Source: Planctomycetota bacterium (lineage in GTDB: Bacteria; Planctomycetota; PLA2; JAEUHO01). From it: a stretch of 64,000 nucleotides of DNA. Position 1 is the stretch's first letter. Each line of letters begins with the position of its first letter. The position numbers and the translations under genes are program-made. The stretch lies in contig CBDCTJ010000003.1 in NCBI GenBank assembly GCA_965222115.1, positions 160,001 through 224,000 on the forward strand, read 5' to 3'. This document shows positions 59,298-64,000 of this stretch, piece after piece. Below the pieces are notes generated by a model. It saw only the letters and a list, made by a program, of their open reading frames with translations, was not told the DNA's origin and did no database searches.

Positions 59298-60497
59298 CTA
59301 CGAGCGTGCATCAAATAGTAGGTGTTCCAAACCATGGACCAACCCAACATGCTCAGGGATGCAGCGAATGCCAAGTAACACGCCGGCGAGATAACAACGC
59401 CGATCCACAGCTTCGTGACGCAACTTAAGTCCTTCAAACGCGTCACCAAAGATCACGTCTTGGCTCGCGTGAATGCCCGGGAGTCGCACGCTGTGAATTT
59501 GCACGGCGTCGGCCGACAAGCCGCGCGCAAGGGCCTGCGATTGACCGGCATCGCGCGGCGCCTCGCTTCCGCGGCTCGACATTTGCGCTGCGGTGTGAAG
59601 GGCTGTGCCGCTCGGCGCATCCGCTTTGCCCTCGTGATGCCGTTCAACGATCTCAGCGCGAGGAAAATAGTACGCCGCTTCACGCGCGAATCGCTGCATC
59701 AGAATCATGCCGAGCGAGAAATTCGGCGCGACCAACACACCGAGTTCCTTTGCTTGTGCCTGTGCGTCCACTTGCGCGAGAAACTCGTCGCTCATCCCCG
59801 ACGTGCCCACAACAACATGGCAACCGTGACGCAGTGCTGTGGCTACATTTTCTTCAACGGCGTTCGGCGCCGTAAAATCGACGACGACGTGAGGCGACGT
59901 GTCGCTGAGGCATTGGTCGAGATCATCATCCCTATCCACGTGCGCAACCAACCTCACGCCCGGGTCGGCCTCTATACCGGGAAGCAGGGCCTTTCCCATA
60001 CGACCCTCGGCGCCCACGAAGACGACGCGCCGCGTTTCGTCCTTCTGCGTGTCGGCAGTGGCCTTCCACGCAGCAGCGAAATCGTGAATGGCGCCGGCTT
60101 GACCGGCCGTCTCTATACTGCCGGGTCGAAGCGTTCGAACGCGGGCAATGGCTTCGTCCGGCGATGCGCCCGTGACCACCAACCACGCGGCGAGTACGGT
60201 TCCGGTGCGACCTTGACCCGCCATGCAATGCACGGCGACGGGATTGCCCGCATTCACCTGTTCCGCAATCCAAGTGACGCACGACGCCAACGTTTCAACA
60301 CTGGGCGTTCCAAAATCGCGAATGGGCACGTGCTGGCGTTCTAGCCCCTTCGTCTCGCGCGAATCGGGGAGGTCCCGTTCGGTCAGTGTGAGGATGGCCT
60401 TCACGCCCGCGTTGCGTATCGCCTTCCAGGAACGGGGCGATGGATGGGCCATGCCCGCCACGTTGCCGTCGTCGATCCAACTGAAGTTGTCGATCAT
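59298..60497 (-). CDS. dapB: Fusion of a dual-specificity (CX5R) phosphatase and 4-hydroxy-tetrahydrodipicolinate reductase
   Basis: N-terminal HVPIRDFGTP, VHCMAGQGRTG and RPGSIET. C-terminal GAEGRMG, VDFT, APNFSLG and HHEGKADAPSGTA. One uninterrupted frame. Confidence 0.88.
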   Translation of the reverse strand: MIDNFSWIDDGNVAGMAHPSPRSWKAIRNAGVKAILTLTERDLPDSRETKGLERQHVPIRDFGTPSVETLASCVTWIAEQVNAGNPVAVHCMAGQGRTGTVLAAWLVVTGASPDEAIARVRTLRPGSIETAGQAGAIHDFAAAWKATADTQKDETRRVVFVGAEGRMGKALLPGIEADPGVRLVAHVDRDDDLDQCLSDTSPHVVVDFTAPNAVEENVATALRHGCHVVVGTSGMSDEFLAQVDAQAQAKELGVLVAPNFSLGMILMQRFAREAAYYFPRAEIVERHHEGKADAPSGTALHTAAQMSSRGSEAPRDAGQSQALARGLSADAVQIHSVRLPGIHASQDVIFGDAFEGLKLRHEAVDRRCYLAGVLLGIRCIPEHVGLVHGLEHLLFDARS

Positions 60498-60611
60498 GAT
60501 GTCGAAGGGATACCGCAAAGGTGGCGCCCACCGCGAAGAAATGCTCCGCCCTTCGCCCCGGACTCCGCAAACCACGGCGGAAATCGAGGGTCTGCGACAA
60601 TAATCCCCTTC

Positions 60612-62387
60612 ATGAGTCCACAAGCCATCACGATTCTCGCCATGGCTTGGGTCCTGTTGGGCGCGGTCGTCCCCAAAATCTCGCTCGACGTGGCTGCGAT
60701 CGCCGCATTCGCGACACTCATTTTAGGCGGCGTGCTGGCGCCGACGGAAGCCGTGGCGGGGTTCGGCAATACCACCCTGCTCACCGTCGCGTGCATGTTC
60801 ATCTTGGCGGAGGCCCTGCAGCGCACGGGCGCGGTTCGGGGCGTAGGCCGCTGGGTGGAAGTGGCCGCCCGCAAGAACATGCGCTTTCTATTGATCGGGC
60901 TGCTGCCACTGGTCATGTTGCTATCGGGCGTCATGAGCAATACCGCGGTGGTCGTGTTGCTGCTGCCCGTACTTGTTGCCGCCACGCAACGTTCGCAGAT
61001 GAGTCCCAGCCGAGTGTTGTTGCCCCTTTCCTACGCGAGCATTATTGGCGGTACGTTGACGTTGGTCGGCACAACGACCACGCTGCTCGTGGACGGGATG
61101 TTGCTACAGGCAGGCCGTGACGGAATCGGTCTCTTTGGCATCACACCCATGGGCGCCGTGTTCTGCGTCGTGGGATTGATCTATCTCGTGTTGGCGGGAC
61201 CCAAGCTCTTGCCGAATCGTACGGGACTCGTGACGCCCATCACGGCGGAGGCCACGCGACAGTATCTAACCGAAATCGCCATTCCCGCAGGGTCACCCTT
61301 TGTTGGAAAGCAATTGGGAGATTTCCCGGCGCTTCTCAAGAAGGTGCGCTTCCTACAAATTGTTCGCGGCGAAGAGATTCTTTGGCCCCCGCTTCAACAT
61401 GTTGAGTTGCAAGAAAATGACGTTTTGTTGGTGAAGGCACAGCAGGATGAACTCGTACGACTGCTCGATCAACGGGGGCTACGAAGTCGCAACGAGACGT
61501 CGCAAGACGAAGAGTCGATCCACAGTCACAATGTTGCGTTGGCCGAAGTCATGGTCGCACCGGGAAGTTCGCTCGCCAATCAGACGGTGCAGGGCGCCAA
61601 GCTCCGCTATCGATTCGGCGTAAGCGTGCTGGCCGTTCTGCGCAAGGGTGCGCACCTTCGGCAACACATTGGAGGACTTGCCCTTCGCGTGGGTGATATC
61701 TTGCTCGTGCAGGGTGAACCCAGCGACATCTCGCGGCTCACGCAGACGGAAGATGACCTCATGGTGCTCGGCGGAACGCGACGCATTGAGGCGCGTCGGC
61801 ACAAGCTCCCGATTGCTATAGCCATCGTGGCGGCAGCACTGCTCTCGGCCGCATTTGGCTGGATGCCACTGGTTGTTGCTGTGCTGCTGGGTGCGGCGGG
61901 TCTTGTGGTGACCGGCTGTGTCTCGCGGGGCCAGGCCTACCGAGCCGTGGACCTCCGCATCCTTGTGATCTTGGGTAGCATGCTGGCCCTCGGTGCGGCG
62001 GCTAGCAAAACGGGACTCGCCGCCGACATCGCAGGCGGGATGGTGTCCTTCGGCGAACGCTTTGGTCCCCACGGCATCTTGGCCATGGTGTATCTCGCGA
62101 CAGCCATTCTGACTGAGCTCGTCACCAACGCGGGAACGGCGAGCATCATGATCCCGATTGCACTGTCCATTTCGGATCGTATGCAGCACAACCATGAGCC
62201 GTACGTGTACGCCGTGGCGCTCGCTGCGTCGTGCAGCTTCCTAACGCCGGTGGGCTATCAAACCAATCTATTGGTCCACGGACCGGGTGGGTATCGCTTG
62301 ATGGACTACCTACGACTGGGCGCACCACTGGCGATCTTGTTGTGGGCCCTGGCTACATGGCTACTGCCCATCGTGTATGGGTTCTAA
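60612..62387 (+). CDS. SLC13-family permease with two TrkA-C domains
   Basis: SGVMSNTAVV, PLSYASIIGGTLTLVGTTT, two RCK-C-like domains, SFLTPVGYQTNLLV.GPGGY. Confidence 0.93.
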   Translation: MSPQAITILAMAWVLLGAVVPKISLDVAAIAAFATLILGGVLAPTEAVAGFGNTTLLTVACMFILAEALQRTGAVRGVGRWVEVAARKNMRFLLIGLLPLVMLLSGVMSNTAVVVLLLPVLVAATQRSQMSPSRVLLPLSYASIIGGTLTLVGTTTTLLVDGMLLQAGRDGIGLFGITPMGAVFCVVGLIYLVLAGPKLLPNRTGLVTPITAEATRQYLTEIAIPAGSPFVGKQLGDFPALLKKVRFLQIVRGEEILWPPLQHVELQENDVLLVKAQQDELVRLLDQRGLRSRNETSQDEESIHSHNVALAEVMVAPGSSLANQTVQGAKLRYRFGVSVLAVLRKGAHLRQHIGGLALRVGDILLVQGEPSDISRLTQTEDDLMVLGGTRRIEARRHKLPIAIAIVAAALLSAAFGWMPLVVAVLLGAAGLVVTGCVSRGQAYRAVDLRILVILGSMLALGAAASKTGLAADIAGGMVSFGERFGPHGILAMVYLATAILTELVTNAGTASIMIPIALSISDRMQHNHEPYVYAVALAASCSFLTPVGYQTNLLVHGPGGYRLMDYLRLGAPLAILLWALATWLLPIVYGF

Positions 62388-62523
62388 TCCTCGACCTGTT
62401 AGTCCGACTGTAGCGCAACATGAACCTACTTCTGCGCACGGTGTTGCATCCGATAGGGAAACGATGTTTGGTAGTTGGTACTTGGTCCACACGATTTTGC
62501 GCAACAAACTCAAGCGCACGCGA

Positions 62524-62554
62524 TTGACAACCGACCTACTATGACCCTAAAACT
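62524..62554 (+). promoter_or_regulatory. Putative sigma70 promoter for the Cys-rich protein gene
   Basis: Perfect TTGACA followed after 18 nt by a weak -10 match, TAAAAC. Confidence 0.4.
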
Positions 62555-62716
62555 GGGGGTGATCGAAACACGGTGTGGCGAAGCCGCCTCTCTCGGGTGG
62601 TGCGGGTCAGGAGGCCCGCTAGGGCATTACGGCATATTCAAACATTGAAGGATGGAAATATGCCGGCCCGAAGGGATGAGAGAGAAAGGGACGCCGCTAT
62701 TTGGAGAGAGAGAACT

Positions 62717-63940
62717 ATGAAGTCATTCTTGCTGGCGATGTGTTGTTGCATCGCCGTATGCGGGCTGGCTACTGACGCAACCGCGTATGACGGTTGTGGT
62801 TGGTCGGCTCCCGTTGTTAGCCCCTGTGCGTATCCTGTAGCAGACCCCTGCTGCACGACCCCGTGCTGGGATCCTTGCTCGTACACCACGCCTGTTCACA
62901 CGACGACGTGTTGGGACCCGTGCGCCTACACAACCCCATGTGTAGATCCGTGCTGGAATCACTGTGGTTGGCACAACTGTGGTTGGGATAACTGCGGTTG
63001 GCACAACTGTGCTTATGACCCCTGCTGTGTAACACCCTGTGCTGTACCGTGTGTCGATCCCTGCCAGCCTGCAGTAACCTCCACGCCCGTGGCCGTAACC
63101 ATGCCGGCGGTTACCAAGGTTAAGTGCAAAGTAGCTGTCTACGAGACGGTCGAAGAACCCATCATGCGGACCGAATGCACCGCAAAGTGGAAGGACGTTG
63201 AAGTAGACGTCTACAAGACCGAGTACCAGCCCATCATGGTTGACTGCAAGGTTGCCAAGTACGAGACGGTCCAAGAGCCTGTCTACATGAACAAGTGCAC
63301 GCCGGTGTACAAGGAAGTCGCCGTTGCTCAGTATGCCACGCGACAGGTTGCGGTCTATCGCACGCAGCGCACGCCGCGCTATTCATGCGTATCCGTACCC
63401 ATCACGTCGAGCTACACCGATCAGTGCTGCAACACGCAGTACGTGACGTGTGGCTACCGCACCGAGCGCCAGTTCGCCGGCTACGACTGCGAGCAGGTCG
63501 TGTGTGGCTATCGCACTGAGACCTACCAGTGTGGCACCACCACGCAGCGTGTGTTCTGCGGCTACAAGACCGAGCAGGTTCAATGTGGCACCCGCAATGT
63601 GCAAAAGCTCGTTGGCTACGACACCAAGCAAGTCCAGTGCGGCTACAAGTGTGTCCAGGTCAAGTCGGGTACCAAGACCGTGAAGCAGTTCGACGGTTGG
63701 GACCGCAAGCAGGTTCAGGTTGGTACACGCAAGTACCAGAAGATCACTGGCTGGGAAGAGAAGGAAGTTGAAGTCACGCCATGCGTCAATCCATGCCCCA
63801 TGCCGTGTCACAACCCCTGCCCCACACCCTGCAGCTATCCCGCTGCCGACCCCTGCACGACTACCGTGTCCTACCCGGCCGCGACGCCCTGCAGCTACCC
63901 TGTGACCTACACCCCCACCTACTACGGTTGCTGGTGGTAA
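62717..63940 (+). CDS. Secreted Cys/Pro/Tyr/Thr/Val-rich repeat protein (reminiscent of planctomycete YTV envelope proteins), 407 aa
   Basis: Purine-rich RBS, signal peptide ending ATA, DPC and WHNCG repeats at the N-terminus, 8-aa then 9-aa periodic core, PCxxPC C-terminus. Confidence 0.9.
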   Translation: MKSFLLAMCCCIAVCGLATDATAYDGCGWSAPVVSPCAYPVADPCCTTPCWDPCSYTTPVHTTTCWDPCAYTTPCVDPCWNHCGWHNCGWDNCGWHNCAYDPCCVTPCAVPCVDPCQPAVTSTPVAVTMPAVTKVKCKVAVYETVEEPIMRTECTAKWKDVEVDVYKTEYQPIMVDCKVAKYETVQEPVYMNKCTPVYKEVAVAQYATRQVAVYRTQRTPRYSCVSVPITSSYTDQCCNTQYVTCGYRTERQFAGYDCEQVVCGYRTETYQCGTTTQRVFCGYKTEQVQCGTRNVQKLVGYDTKQVQCGYKCVQVKSGTKTVKQFDGWDRKQVQVGTRKYQKITGWEEKEVEVTPCVNPCPMPCHNPCPTPCSYPAADPCTTTVSYPAATPCSYPVTYTPTYYGCWW

Positions 63941-64000
63941 AGGACATCCATGATTCGCGCCTCTAACGAGGCGAACCACATCCCATGATCGGCACGCGCC

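Overview
A GC-rich bacterial window of mostly housekeeping and envelope genes. The gene repertoire suggests an uncultured Planctomycetota-like genome (inference from HEAT-repeat lipoproteins, carboxypeptidase-regulatory-like repeat proteins and an ECF sigma paired with a prenyltransferase-repeat protein). Recognisable genes include a frameshifted Cu-type P1B ATPase, a DnaJ-class chaperone, tRNA-Val(CAC), a hybrid kinase, a K+ channel, folD, an OprO/P porin, tkt, a MacAB-TolC-type operon, a carbamoyltransferase cassette, tsaE, thiL, a thiE-like gene, a phosphatase-DapB fusion and an SLC13 permease. I saw no CRISPR array, rRNA, integrase or transposase. Four signals stand out. (1) A BNR beta-propeller gene is split by an in-frame TGA at a probable Cys position, is followed by a SECIS-like hairpin, and is translationally coupled to a ThiS/MoaD-like protein. 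This is a candidate selenoprotein plus ubiquitin-like carrier module. (2) A Cys-rich lipoprotein has 9+9 repeats with a mirror-complementary two-state code, implying a very long registered beta-hairpin. (3) A second Cys-rich secreted protein has a 12x8 versus 12x9 residue hairpin layout. (4) tRNA-Val is flanked by two tRNA fragments, each fused to the same 69-nt structured element. All family assignments come from motif recognition, not database searches.
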